DNA from: an uncultured Gemmatimonadales bacterium
Lineage (GTDB): Bacteria; Gemmatimonadota; Gemmatimonadetes; Gemmatimonadales; Gemmatimonadaceae
DNA: 64,000 nucleotides
Assembly (NCBI GenBank): GCA_963701965.1
Contig: OY969695.1
Location: forward strand, 3,072,001 to 3,136,000
Reading direction: 5' to 3'
This document shows positions 28,657 through 38,815 of the stretch, one piece after another. Below the pieces are notes generated by a model. The model was not told the origin of the DNA. It saw only the letters and a list, made by a program, of their open reading frames with translations, and did no database searches. Numbering within the stretch: position 1 is the first letter of the stretch; each line of letters begins with the position of its first letter. The position numbers and the translations under genes are program-made.

Positions 28657-31140
28657 ATGAAAACCCCCACCGATCGTCCCCCAAGCCCTGTGCCCTTGGA
28701 TTCGGCGCTGGTCCAGTCCGCCTTCGAGCAGTCCCGGGTCGGCATGCTTCTCCTCGACCCCCGCGCCTGCATTCTGATCGTCAATCGGTCGGCCCGGGGC
28801 TACCTGGGAATCGCCGAAGATCAGGAGGTCGCGGGGCATCCGATCTGGGAGTTCGTGGGGACCGCATCTCGAAACTCGGACGCGGCCTGGCGCGGCCTGA
28901 CTGAGGGCGCGGCCGCAGGTCGCGTGGAGTTCCGCGACATCGGGTCAGACGAGGTCATCGAGTGGACCGCCCAACCCATCCAAAGCTCGGACGGGGTCGT
29001 CGTTGGAATAGCGATGGAAGGTCGCGACGTCACCGCGCTCCGCCGGACCGACGGTGAGGCTCGGCTGCTCACAAAGCTCGCGTTGGCGATCGGTCATACC
29101 GATTCGCTTGAACTCGCGATCTCGGCGGCCTTGCGCATCGTCTGTGAATCTGCCGGCTGGCTCGTGGGCGAGGCCTGGCTCCTCGACACTAGTACGCCTG
29201 GAGAGCCGCACTTGACGCACGGCGGCGCCTGGACCGTTCGAGACCCGCGTCTCGACGCGTTCGCCTCGCAGAGCATCGGATTTCGATTTGCGCGCGGTGA
29301 GGGCCTCGCCGGCGTTGCGTGGGAGCGGCGAGAGCCCGTGTCGGCACAGCAGTTCAGCCAATCAACTGAGTTCACCCGGAGCCCCCTCGCGGCGGCTGCC
29401 GGCATCAAGAGCGCCATCGCCATCCCGGTATTGGCGGGCGATGAGATCGTAGCAGTACTCAACTTCTTCATGGCGTCGGCCTCGATCAATGCGGGCATGG
29501 CCAAGGTCACCACGGCGGCGGCGGCGCAGCTCGGTCCGCTCATTCTTCAGAAGCAAGCGGAGGAGGCCCATCGGGTAGCCGAAGCGAGATTGAGAGGGAT
29601 CGTTTCGATCGCGCTCGATGCGATCATCTCGATCGATGACGATCGGCGCGTCACGCTCTTCAATTGGGGCGCCGAGCGCATTTTCGGCTATTCAGCGGAT
29701 GAGATGATAGGCCAGCCTTTGGACGTGCTCTTGCCGGAAGCATTGCGGGCGCGTCACGCCGCCCACATCGCGGGATTCGCGACGTCGGCCTCGGCGGCCC
29801 GCCGCATGGGCGAACGCTCCCCGATCGTTGGGCGCCGCAAGAATGGCGAGATTTTTCCGGCGGAAGCGTCCATCTCGCGGTTTCGCGCCGGCGGTCACTG
29901 GACCTTTAGCGTGATCTTGCGCGACATCACCGACCGCCAGCGCACGGAAGAGGGTCTTCGGTTTCTCGCCGAGACGGGTGCCCTCCTGACGGACCTCTTG
30001 CGTGATCCCACGGTGCTCGATCGCATCGCGCGACGCGCGGTCCCGACCCTTGGTGACGTCTGTGTCATTGACCTGGTCGACGACACGCGGGTGACCACCG
30101 CCGCCGTCGCCGCTGTCGACGAACGACTCGCTGAGATCGTTCGGTCCCATCAGGACGTACACGCCCTCCGTTGGGACGGGAATCATCCGGTCGTCGCGGC
30201 CGTCCGCCGGTATGAGACGCAGCTCATGCCAGATCGCGCTCACGATGATCTCGGTCTCGGATCGATGCTTGTCGTGCCTCTCATCACGCGCGGCCAGGTG
30301 TTGGGCGCGATGAGCTTTGCGATGGCGCAATCCGGCCGACGGCATGACACGAGCTATCAAGCCCTCGCGGAGCAGCTGGCCGTGCGCGTGGCGCTGGCTG
30401 TCGACGGTGTAGGACTGCTGGCTCGCACCCGGCGAGCCGTCGCTGCACGCGATGAGGTGCTGGCAGTCGTGTCGCATGATCTTCGCAATCCGTTGAGCGC
30501 AATCAACATGTGCGTGGGGGTTTTGCGCGGGCAGCCTGCGCCCGACGCCGCAGTAGCAAAGGAGCTCCTCGAGACGGTGCATGAATCGACCGCACTCATG
30601 TCGCGCATCATCCAGGATCTGCTCGACATCGCGAGCATCGACGCGGGACGTCTGTCGATCGACCGCCGCCCGCAATCGCTGCGGCCGGTCCTCGTTCACG
30701 CGGTGCAGATGCTCCAGCCGATCGCGATCGAGCGGCAGCTCACGTTGACACTCGACGAAGTCGACTCGGCGCTGCCGAACGTCGCGATGGATGCGGATCG
30801 CGTGTTACAGGTGCTCGCTAATCTGCTGCACAACGCCTCCAAGTTCACTGAACCCGGCGGCGCTGTCCGCATGGCAGCCGAGCGGGTAGGTGACCAGGTA
30901 CAAGTGTCCGTCCAGGACACGGGGCGTGGCATAGCGCGCGACGACCTGCCCCGCGTGTTCGACCGCTTCTGGCATGATCGTCAGGCTTCGACGATTCGGT
31001 CCACGGGGCTGGGCCTCGCGATCGCACGCGGGATCGTCGAGGCCCATGGGGGTCGGATTTGGGTCGAGAGCGCGACCGACCGCGGTAGCACGTTCACGTT
31101 CACCCTACCTCTCATCGACTCAGGGCACGACCAGCACTGA
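28657..31140 (+). CDS. Soluble PAS/GAF sensor histidine kinase
   Basis: PAS-GAF-PAS-GAF, SHDLRNPL H-box, N/G1/F/G2 boxes; the second PAS is FixL-like (HAAHI...RRMG). Confidence 0.93.
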   Translation: MKTPTDRPPSPVPLDSALVQSAFEQSRVGMLLLDPRACILIVNRSARGYLGIAEDQEVAGHPIWEFVGTASRNSDAAWRGLTEGAAAGRVEFRDIGSDEVIEWTAQPIQSSDGVVVGIAMEGRDVTALRRTDGEARLLTKLALAIGHTDSLELAISAALRIVCESAGWLVGEAWLLDTSTPGEPHLTHGGAWTVRDPRLDAFASQSIGFRFARGEGLAGVAWERREPVSAQQFSQSTEFTRSPLAAAAGIKSAIAIPVLAGDEIVAVLNFFMASASINAGMAKVTTAAAAQLGPLILQKQAEEAHRVAEARLRGIVSIALDAIISIDDDRRVTLFNWGAERIFGYSADEMIGQPLDVLLPEALRARHAAHIAGFATSASAARRMGERSPIVGRRKNGEIFPAEASISRFRAGGHWTFSVILRDITDRQRTEEGLRFLAETGALLTDLLRDPTVLDRIARRAVPTLGDVCVIDLVDDTRVTTAAVAAVDERLAEIVRSHQDVHALRWDGNHPVVAAVRRYETQLMPDRAHDDLGLGSMLVVPLITRGQVLGAMSFAMAQSGRRHDTSYQALAEQLAVRVALAVDGVGLLARTRRAVAARDEVLAVVSHDLRNPLSAINMCVGVLRGQPAPDAAVAKELLETVHESTALMSRIIQDLLDIASIDAGRLSIDRRPQSLRPVLVHAVQMLQPIAIERQLTLTLDEVDSALPNVAMDADRVLQVLANLLHNASKFTEPGGAVRMAAERVGDQVQVSVQDTGRGIARDDLPRVFDRFWHDRQASTIRSTGLGLAIARGIVEAHGGRIWVESATDRGSTFTFTLPLIDSGHDQH

Positions 31141-32016
31141 GGACGTGGCACTGCGCATCACGGCCTCGGCCGTGCTACCAATCATCAAGCGATCGCGCAG
31201 GCCGCCACGGTGTGTCCCGACCGCAACGAGATCCGCATACTGGGCGCGCGCAATATCTTCGATCGCGTGGGCGGGGCGACCGTGGACGTCGTGCGTCACT
31301 ATTCGGGCGCGTTGCGGCGCGGGCAGCTGGTCACGCAACTCCTCGAATAGTTGGGTGACGCCGGCATGATAGACGGTGGACCACGTGTCGAGTTCGGCCG
31401 CTGGCGAATCGGGCCACGACGACGCGTGCACTATGTGAATCGTGGCGCCGTCGGACGCGAACGCCATGGCCAGGATCGCGGCTCGGTGGGCCGCGGCGCT
31501 GAAATCCGTTCCGATGACGATCGTGTCCATAGTGGTCGATGCGTCGGGCGCGACTGTCAGGATTGGTATCGCGATCTTACGATGCACCGCCATGCCGACT
31601 TCAACTCCGGACAGCCGATCCAGCAGACTATGGTGTTCCCCGCCGAGCACCACCAGGGATGCGCGCTGTGCGACCGCGTGATCGGCGATCAACTCGGCCG
31701 GAAAGCCTGTCATCACGCTGAACGGAATGTGGCCGGCGTTCGTGCGTGTCAACTGGTCCGTCAGGCTGCCGCGTAAGGCATCACAGCACGCGCCTTCGCC
31801 ATCCTCGAACGTGACGCCCTGCGCCATGATCTGCGGTGAGATCGGTGGAACGAGGGCGAGCGCCTCAATGGACGCGTGTTGACGCGCAGCGAATGCGACG
31901 GCAACCCGGATAGCCGCGTCGGTCGCTCGGTCGCCGCGCGTCCCGACGACGACGTGGTTCGCCGTAGGCAGTGCGGGACTCGCTGTCGCCGATGATGTAT
32001 CTCTCGATGCCGTCAT
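31120..32016 (-). CDS. Universal stress protein (tandem USP domains)
   Basis: IVIGTDFS, ADLVAVGTH...IGSTAEAVMR. Confidence 0.88.
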   Translation of the reverse strand: MTASRDTSSATASPALPTANHVVVGTRGDRATDAAIRVAVAFAARQHASIEALALVPPISPQIMAQGVTFEDGEGACCDALRGSLTDQLTRTNAGHIPFSVMTGFPAELIADHAVAQRASLVVLGGEHHSLLDRLSGVEVGMAVHRKIAIPILTVAPDASTTMDTIVIGTDFSAAAHRAAILAMAFASDGATIHIVHASSWPDSPAAELDTWSTVYHAGVTQLFEELRDQLPAPQRARIVTHDVHGRPAHAIEDIARAQYADLVAVGTHRGGLRDRLMIGSTAEAVMRSATSSVLVVP

Positions 32017-32756
32017 GCGTCCTCCTGGCCCTGATCGGACGGTGTCGCGTGTCGCCCGAGCGCGATGAGGTCGACAGCCTCCCGACGCACCATGTCCCGC
32101 AGCACCCGGACCGCGGATCCAACCATGAATCGCACGGGTGTGTGGTGTCGGGCTTTTGGTGGGAGAGCGGCACGGGTGACGGTGCAGAGCTCGTTCGCCG
32201 CGTCGAGATAGGCGTTCACGGCACCGTCAGGAATGACGTGGACCAGCTGCGTCGCTTTGTCATTGGGCGCGAGCGCGCACGCCTGACTATTGGCCTGCAT
32301 GCTCGTGCCCCCGAAATCCGCAGTTAGCACGACGCGGTCGATCGAGGTTGTGTCGGGCGCGACCGCCAAGACTGGACAGCGAGCCCAACGTAGGATCGTG
32401 CGTACCGCGGCGTGTCGTCGGAGCGGACTGCCTGATCCGAGGCCAATGACGATGAGCGAGGCCCCCAACTGTTCCGAGGCGTGTGAGACCGCGGGGCCGA
32501 GTGTCCCGCGACACACGTCGGTGGGTATCGCGTCCGGAGCGACCCCCGCTTCCGACAGGCGGCGATTCAAGCGTCGACGTGAGACTTCGAGTCTATTCGT
32601 GCGTCCGACGACCGACAATGTCGCCAGCCCAGCCCCAAGATGAGTGGCAATCGCTCGAGCGACGACGATAGAGGCCGTCGAACGCATGCGCGCGTTGAGC
32701 ACAAGGAGCACGCCTGTCTGCTCTTGGTTCTGTGGGGTTGCTAGATACTCGTCCAC
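32013..32756 (-). CDS. Universal stress protein-like protein
   Basis: ASLIVIG, ARCPVLAV, DLIALGRH; start uncertain. Confidence 0.7.
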   Translation of the reverse strand: MDEYLATPQNQEQTGVLLVLNARMRSTASIVVARAIATHLGAGLATLSVVGRTNRLEVSRRRLNRRLSEAGVAPDAIPTDVCRGTLGPAVSHASEQLGASLIVIGLGSGSPLRRHAAVRTILRWARCPVLAVAPDTTSIDRVVLTADFGGTSMQANSQACALAPNDKATQLVHVIPDGAVNAYLDAANELCTVTRAALPPKARHHTPVRFMVGSAVRVLRDMVRREAVDLIALGRHATPSDQGQEDA

Positions 32757-32775
32757 GGTCAACTCCTCCGTGCGG

Positions 32776-33045
32776 TCACGGTGATGGCGGTGCCCAGGAC
32801 GCCGGTCCAGCACTCACGTATCGGTCACTGAGTGTCAGCCCATTGGCGAGCGCTTGCACGCCGGCGACTCCGCGAACCGTTGCCGTGGCCTCGTGTCGGT
32901 CCGCATTGGTGTCGACGTGGCCGGCCAACGAGGCGACTCCATTCCGGACGGTGACTTCAATGCGCAGAGCGGTGAGGCCGAGAGCGGCGCGGAGCGCTCC
33001 GCGTATGCTGGCGTGAAGCGCGAAATCGGACGGCATGGATGTCAA
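32776..33045 (-). CDS. BON-domain protein
   Basis: IEVTVRNGVASLAGHV...VAGVQALANGL. Confidence 0.8.
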   Translation of the reverse strand: MTSMPSDFALHASIRGALRAALGLTALRIEVTVRNGVASLAGHVDTNADRHEATATVRGVAGVQALANGLTLSDRYVSAGPASWAPPSP

Positions 33046-33189
33046 TATCGGCGGGCGGGCGTGCCGAGACAGTCAAGGGTCTTCCGGACCCGATGTCAGG
33101 CGATCACCGACGTATCTCAGGGATCGCCCGGACGGCGGTCCACGGCGCGATTTGTCATCGTGCATGCGTCCCTTGCGAGAGGTGAAGCA

Positions 33190-33672
33190 ATGCTCCAGGA
33201 TCGCGCGATACACGAACAGGTCTTGGTTGCCCTGTGTCGGGAGCTGGACGTCGGGATCGAGACCGTCAGCATTCGGGTCGACCGTGGTGTCGTGTTGCTG
33301 AGTGGGGTCGTGGACACTCCGGCCGAGCGCCAGGCGTGCGAGCGTGCGGCGTGGGGGGTTCCCGGTGTCCGGGCTCTGGTTCAGCGCCTTGCGGTTCGGC
33401 GCGCCCGCCCCGGCGGCCCGACGGATCGAGAGCTCGCCGTCGCCGTTCTGAGTGCGTTGGACGCGCGCGGTCGTCAGGACATCCGGGTACGTGTCCAGGA
33501 GGGATTGGTGGCCATCGGCGGCACATTCGGCTCGGAGGACGAGCGCGATAGTCTCGCGGGCCGCCTCACGGCCATCCCAGGAGTGGTCAATGTCGTCGCG
33601 ACCGACTGGGCGACGAACGCGCCGCGGGGCGTGGCGGGTCGCGCGACGCTCGGCGGCATCCCCATCGCTTAG
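33190..33672 (+). CDS. Dual BON-domain (OsmY-like) protein
   Basis: VDRGVVLLSGVV...VPGVRAL; IRVRVQEGLVAIGG...IPGVVNV. Confidence 0.82.
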   Translation: MLQDRAIHEQVLVALCRELDVGIETVSIRVDRGVVLLSGVVDTPAERQACERAAWGVPGVRALVQRLAVRRARPGGPTDRELAVAVLSALDARGRQDIRVRVQEGLVAIGGTFGSEDERDSLAGRLTAIPGVVNVVATDWATNAPRGVAGRATLGGIPIA

Positions 33673-33782
33673 GTACTCAGAAGTCGGTGCCTGTCGTCAG
33701 GGCATCCACGCTGCACGCGGCGATCATACACGAGGGCGACCGCTTCACGGCGTGGCGGCAGAATGCGCAGGGGCCGTGCCTG

Positions 33783-33896
33783 TCATTCGACGTGGCGGCC
33801 GCGGACCAGCATGATGACGATTGCGGCCACCGCGATAACCGCGGTGACGACGAGCTCCAGTTGGGCGGGAGTGGGGAATACTGCTGACATCGCCAT
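33783..33896 (-). CDS. 37-aa single-pass membrane peptide (below the ORF-track cutoff)
   Basis: MAMSAVFPTPAQLELVVTAVIAVAAIVIMLVRGRHVE with an AAGGAG RBS. Confidence 0.55.
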   Translation of the reverse strand: MAMSAVFPTPAQLELVVTAVIAVAAIVIMLVRGRHVE

Positions 33897-34092
33897 CGGT
33901 GCTCCTTGGTTAGGGATCCCTGGAGGGAAGATCGGCGTAGCGAAGTCTCTGCAATGTCAGGCCAGATGAGTAAGACGGTCAGGGATGACCTGACACGCGG
34001 TGGAGCGCTGACGAGTTGGAGCTGGTGTGGTACGGCCGAATGTCGGGGATTCGCTTACACGGCACCGACGCCCGAGTAGCGAGTTTGCAGCT

Positions 34093-35952
34093 ATGGCGTC
34101 CGATCAACCTTCCAAGCTTTGGGTCGTGCTGCGACCCGTTGGAGTCGTAGCGGCGCTCATTGGCGGCGGCGCACTCCAGCTCAGTGCCACGACACGTTCG
34201 GTCGGGCACGCGCTTTGGATGGTTGCTCTCGTAGTCGCAGGCGCGCCCACCATTTGGCAGGCCGTGCGGGCGCTAGTGTCCCGACAATTTGCGGTGGACG
34301 TGGTTGCCGCCTTGGCGATCGGCGGCGCGGTCCTGATCGACCAGCCGCTGGCCGGGCTTATCATCGTTCTCATGCAGAGCGGTGGAGTGGCGCTCGAGGC
34401 CTATGCCGCCGGCCGAGCATCCGCGGCCGTCCGCGCACTGGAGGAGTCCGCTCCACGGATCGCGCATCGGGTCGCCGATGATGGCACGGAAGACTTGCCA
34501 GCCGAGGCCGTTCTCGTTGGAGATCTACTGCTTGTTCGACCAGGAGAGTTGATTCCATGCGATGCGGTCGTCGTGAGCGGGCTTTCGACGGTCGACACAT
34601 CGCGTCTGACCGGTGAGCCATTGCCTCTCAGCGCGCGAGAAGGCACCCGATTGCTCAGCGGTAGCATCAATGGCGACCGTCCACTCGAGGTGCGCGCCAC
34701 CGCAATCGCAGGCGAGAGTCAGTATGCCCGCATCGTCGAGTTGGTCCGCTCCGCACAGGCGAGCAAAGCGCCTCTCCAGCGTGTGGCGGACCGATACGCG
34801 ATCTGGTTTACCCCTCTCACTCTTCTGGTGTGTCTCGCCGCCTATCTCCTCACCCGGGATCCGGTCCGTGTTGTGGCCGTTCTCGTGGTCGCGACCCCGT
34901 GTCCACTCATTCTCGCCGTCCCCGTCGCCATTGTGAGTGGGATCAGCAATGCGGCCCGACATCGGATCATCGTCCGTCACGGTGAGGCGCTGGAACGACT
35001 CGCTGCGGTCACCGTCGCCGTCTTCGACAAGACGGGCACGCTGACGATCGGGGCGCCGCGCGTGCGTCGACTCCTCCCAGCACCAGGCATCGACGCACCC
35101 ACGCTGCTCCAAGGGGCGGCGGCGATCGAGCACGGCTCAGGGCATCTGCTCGCGCGCACCATCGTGTCCGCCGCGGAGGAGGCCGCACTCTCATCGTCGC
35201 CGGCGTGCGATGTCGTCGAGGTGTCGGGGCGCGGTGTCACGGGTTCGGTGAACGGACGGGCGTGGATCGTCGGGTCGCGAGCGTTCGTCGAGGAGCGTCT
35301 GCCGCTCACGCGATCGGCGTTTGCGGCGCTCGATGCTGAGGACGCGGTGCTCCTGCGCGCCTACGTAGCGGTGGACGGCCGGGCGGCGGGGGTCATCGAG
35401 TTCGCGGACGCCGCACGTCCCGAGTTAGGCGGCATGCTCAGCGAACTCAAACACGCTGGCGTCACCCGCGTGCTCTTGCTCTCGGGAGACCAAGATCGCT
35501 ACACCCAGGCCATCGCGCGGGCTGTGGGCATCGACGAGGCGCACGGTGATCTGCTGCCCGGTGACAAAGTACGGATTGTGAACGAGATCCGTCGCGCCGG
35601 CAGCGCGGTCATGATGGTGGGCGATGGCACAAATGACGCGCCGGCGCTGGCCGCCGCGGACGTCGGAGTCGCGCTCGCTGGCCACGGCGGCGGCATTGCC
35701 GCGGAAACGGCGGGCGTCGTCTTGTTGACGGACGACGTTGGAGGCGTCATCGATGCCGTTGTCATCGCGCGGCGCACCCTCCGGATCGCGAGGCAAAGCA
35801 TTTGGGTCGGACTGGGGCTCAGTGGAGCCGCCATGATCGTCGCCGCCGCGGGGATGATTCCGCCCACGATCGGCGCGGTGTTACAGGAGATCATCGATGT
35901 GACGGTGATCTTCAATGCATTGCGCGCGTCGCATGACCTTACCAGAACGTGA
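34093..35952 (+). CDS. Heavy-metal P1B-type ATPase (P1B-5 signature)
   Basis: LTGE, TPCP, DKTGTLT, GDGTNDAP, QSIWVGLGLSGAAM, QEIID. Confidence 0.92.
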   Translation: MASDQPSKLWVVLRPVGVVAALIGGGALQLSATTRSVGHALWMVALVVAGAPTIWQAVRALVSRQFAVDVVAALAIGGAVLIDQPLAGLIIVLMQSGGVALEAYAAGRASAAVRALEESAPRIAHRVADDGTEDLPAEAVLVGDLLLVRPGELIPCDAVVVSGLSTVDTSRLTGEPLPLSAREGTRLLSGSINGDRPLEVRATAIAGESQYARIVELVRSAQASKAPLQRVADRYAIWFTPLTLLVCLAAYLLTRDPVRVVAVLVVATPCPLILAVPVAIVSGISNAARHRIIVRHGEALERLAAVTVAVFDKTGTLTIGAPRVRRLLPAPGIDAPTLLQGAAAIEHGSGHLLARTIVSAAEEAALSSSPACDVVEVSGRGVTGSVNGRAWIVGSRAFVEERLPLTRSAFAALDAEDAVLLRAYVAVDGRAAGVIEFADAARPELGGMLSELKHAGVTRVLLLSGDQDRYTQAIARAVGIDEAHGDLLPGDKVRIVNEIRRAGSAVMMVGDGTNDAPALAAADVGVALAGHGGGIAAETAGVVLLTDDVGGVIDAVVIARRTLRIARQSIWVGLGLSGAAMIVAAAGMIPPTIGAVLQEIIDVTVIFNALRASHDLTRT

Positions 35953-35996
35953 ACACGTGGGAACGCCACGAAAACGCGGCCCTCGCTTTTTAGGAG

Positions 35997-36515
35997 CTAC
36001 CGAGAGATCACCTTGCCCATCCAGAGCACGTCCCAGTAGCGGTCAAACTTGCGGCCGACTTCGATGAACGTGCCAATGGTCGTGAAATCGAAGCGCTCGT
36101 GCAGGGTGTTCGAGGCCGCATTGGGTTGGGCTATTCCGGCGAGGACGAGATGCACGTCCTCCGTCGCCAGTGCTGCGAATAACGCCCGATACAAGGCGGT
36201 GCCGATACCTCGCCCAGTCGCATCCGGGCGACACTGGATGGTGACTTCCACCGTCGGGTCGTAGGCTTGCTTGGCTCGAAAGCGGCCGGTGGCTGTGTAG
36301 CCGGCGATCCTGCCCGCCGGATCCTCGGCGACGAGGATCCAATGGCGGTGGCCGTCGGAGTGGTCGTGAAACCACGTTGTGCGTTGGGAAGCGGTAGCCG
36401 GACGGACATCAAAGGTGACATGAGAGTTGACAACATAGTAGTTGTGGATCTCCGTCAACTGCGGGAGGTCGTCGAGGGTCGCGGGTCGGATGATCACGTC
36501 AGTCCGTTGCTCCAT
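35997..36515 (-). CDS. GNAT acetyltransferase (YncA/Pat type)
   Basis: GRGIGTALY, NAASNTLHERF, VGRKFDRYWDV. Confidence 0.88.
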   Translation of the reverse strand: MEQRTDVIIRPATLDDLPQLTEIHNYYVVNSHVTFDVRPATASQRTTWFHDHSDGHRHWILVAEDPAGRIAGYTATGRFRAKQAYDPTVEVTIQCRPDATGRGIGTALYRALFAALATEDVHLVLAGIAQPNAASNTLHERFDFTTIGTFIEVGRKFDRYWDVLWMGKVISR

Positions 36516-36668
36516 AGGTGTTCTGGGGGTCGGCGCCGACATGGGCGCCAAACCAATGATCCGACTGTGAAAATGGCGGCATGCTCGCCGACTTGGGTCG
36601 CAACCAGCGTGGTTCGCGACGAGCGCTCCGACATCGTCATCGTGGCTCATGGGTTGCTAGGGCCTGAG

Positions 36669-38348
36669 TCAGATCCTAATCGCGTCGATTGAATGCACAA
36701 ACTCGCGCGCGAGCTCGACACCTGCCGCAAGTGACGGAGCGATGTTCTCTGGGCCGACATCGTCGGCAACGGGTGATCGCTCGAGCGCTTGGCGAGGTTG
36801 CGCGTGGAGTTCCGTGAGGATGACCAAGGTCCCTTCGCGACGGAACCTGTGGACGATATCGGCTAGCGTGCGGAGCCCCGTCGCATCGATCGCCGGCACG
36901 CGCCCCATGCGGAGGATGATCACCCGAGGCCGTTTGGCAATGTCACTCAGCGCTTGCTTGAAAGTGGTTGCGGCGCCAAAAAACAGTGGCCCATGGATCT
37001 CGTAGACTGCGACGCCCCGGCCGGCGGCACGTTCGGCATTGGTGATGTCTGCCACGTGAACGGCATCGTTCGTGTGTCCGACGGCGTCGTTCGGCGAGAC
37101 CGACACGCCAGCGACTTCGGCCATGCGTCGCATGAAGAGAAATGCGGCCATGACCATCCCGACCTCTATCGCGACGACGAGCGACACCACGACGGTGAGA
37201 CCGAACGTCACGAGCAACACGGCCACGTCGCTCCTCGGCGAACGAAGCTCTGCCCGAAAAGTGCGCCACTCGCTCATGTGGTAGCACACGATCGTGAGGA
37301 TCCCGGCCAGACACGCCATTGGCACGAGCGCGGCCCATCGGCCGACGAAGATCGTGATCGCGAGGAGCGTGACGGCGTGGGTCAGCCCGGCGACCGGCGT
37401 CCGGCCGCCGTTCTTTGCGTTCGTCGCCGTCCGCGCGATCGCGCCGGTGGCCGGAATGCCGCCAAAGAGAGGCGTGACCACGTTGGCGATGCCCTGCGCG
37501 ATCAGCTCTGTGTCCGGACGGTGCTCGCCACCGATCATGCCGTCAGCGACGACGGCCGAGAGGAGCGATTCAATGCCGCCTAAGAGCGCGATCGCGATCG
37601 CTGGTTGGGCAAGATCGGTGACGGTCCGGATCGTAACCGCGGGGATCCGGAATGGTGGGAACGATGCGCGAATCGCGCCGAACCGACTGCCAATCGTTTC
37701 GACCGGCAAGTGAAAGATCTGCACGATCGCGGTTGCCGCGAGCAGCGCGATGAGTGGACCGGGGATTCGGCGGCTAACGGCCGGCCAGAGGACGAGAATA
37801 ACGATCGTTCCGGCAGAGACGGCAGCCGCGGAGGGGTTGATCGAGGACAGATGCTGCCCATACGCCAGCCACTTCTCGAGGAAGTTGGCGGGAACGTCGC
37901 TCATGCGGAGGCCGAGCAGGTCCTTGATCTCTCCCGAAAAGATGATGACGGCGATCCCGCTCGTAAATCCGGTGATGATTGGGAACGGAATGAACCGTAT
38001 CGTCGAGCCGAGCTTGAGCACGCCGAGCACGATCAGGATGACGCCCGCCATAATGGTCGCAACCGTGAGCCCATCAATGCCGTAGCGTTGCACTATAGCA
38101 TACACGATGACCACGAAGGCCCCGGTCGGCCCGCCGATCTGGACGCGCGATCCGCCGAGGGCGGAGATGAGGAAGCCCGCGATAATGGCGGTGTAGAGGC
38201 CGCGATCTGGTGTGACGCCACTGGCGATGGCGAATGCGATCGCGAGCGGGAGCGCGACGATACCGACAATGACGCCCGCGCCCACATCGGCGAAAAATTG
38301 GGCGCGGGTGTAGCCGCGGAGCGTCGCGAGGAGTTTTGGGGCGTACAT
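36669..38348 (-). CDS. SulP-family anion permease with STAS domain
   Basis: VALPLAIAFAIASG, QIGGPTG, ESLLSA, GPLFFGA, IDATG. Confidence 0.95.
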   Translation of the reverse strand: MYAPKLLATLRGYTRAQFFADVGAGVIVGIVALPLAIAFAIASGVTPDRGLYTAIIAGFLISALGGSRVQIGGPTGAFVVIVYAIVQRYGIDGLTVATIMAGVILIVLGVLKLGSTIRFIPFPIITGFTSGIAVIIFSGEIKDLLGLRMSDVPANFLEKWLAYGQHLSSINPSAAAVSAGTIVILVLWPAVSRRIPGPLIALLAATAIVQIFHLPVETIGSRFGAIRASFPPFRIPAVTIRTVTDLAQPAIAIALLGGIESLLSAVVADGMIGGEHRPDTELIAQGIANVVTPLFGGIPATGAIARTATNAKNGGRTPVAGLTHAVTLLAITIFVGRWAALVPMACLAGILTIVCYHMSEWRTFRAELRSPRSDVAVLLVTFGLTVVVSLVVAIEVGMVMAAFLFMRRMAEVAGVSVSPNDAVGHTNDAVHVADITNAERAAGRGVAVYEIHGPLFFGAATTFKQALSDIAKRPRVIILRMGRVPAIDATGLRTLADIVHRFRREGTLVILTELHAQPRQALERSPVADDVGPENIAPSLAAGVELAREFVHSIDAIRI

Positions 38349-38572
38349 CTGTGAACGATGACGATCTGGTGCGGCCTGGCTGTCAGGCCGCGGCGCAGTT
38401 GCTGTAAGGGGTTTCCTTACAGGACAGGCCGGTCTCCGCGTTCCTCGGGCGATGCAAGCTAGTAGCGCTTGTGGCAAGGCTGCGAGACCGGGTAATCCCG
38501 CGCTGACCCTTTTGGTCAAACTCCACGAATCGAGGCGCGTGGTGGAGCTTTAGGCCGACCGGCCTCTGACAC

Positions 38573-38670
38573 TCCGGTTCACGGCATTTTCCGTCATCTT
38601 GAGAGCGAGACTACGGCACCGACGCCCGTATTCGCCACCAAGTACGGTCTTTTGCAGGTTTTCAGGTAGT
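38573..38670 (+). repeat. L1 att arm without core
   Basis: Matches 547-643. Confidence 0.85.
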
Positions 38671-38815
38671 ACGGCAGCGCGTGTCCCTCGGAATCACCAG
38701 TCGAAGCGACTCGCCGTGCACCGCAACCTAACGGCGACCACCTGCCGCACTGCGACCTTCGGCGATTGCCGGCCAGATCACCTTCTCCGTGCGCTCAAAA
38801 GCCGCGCTGACGCGG

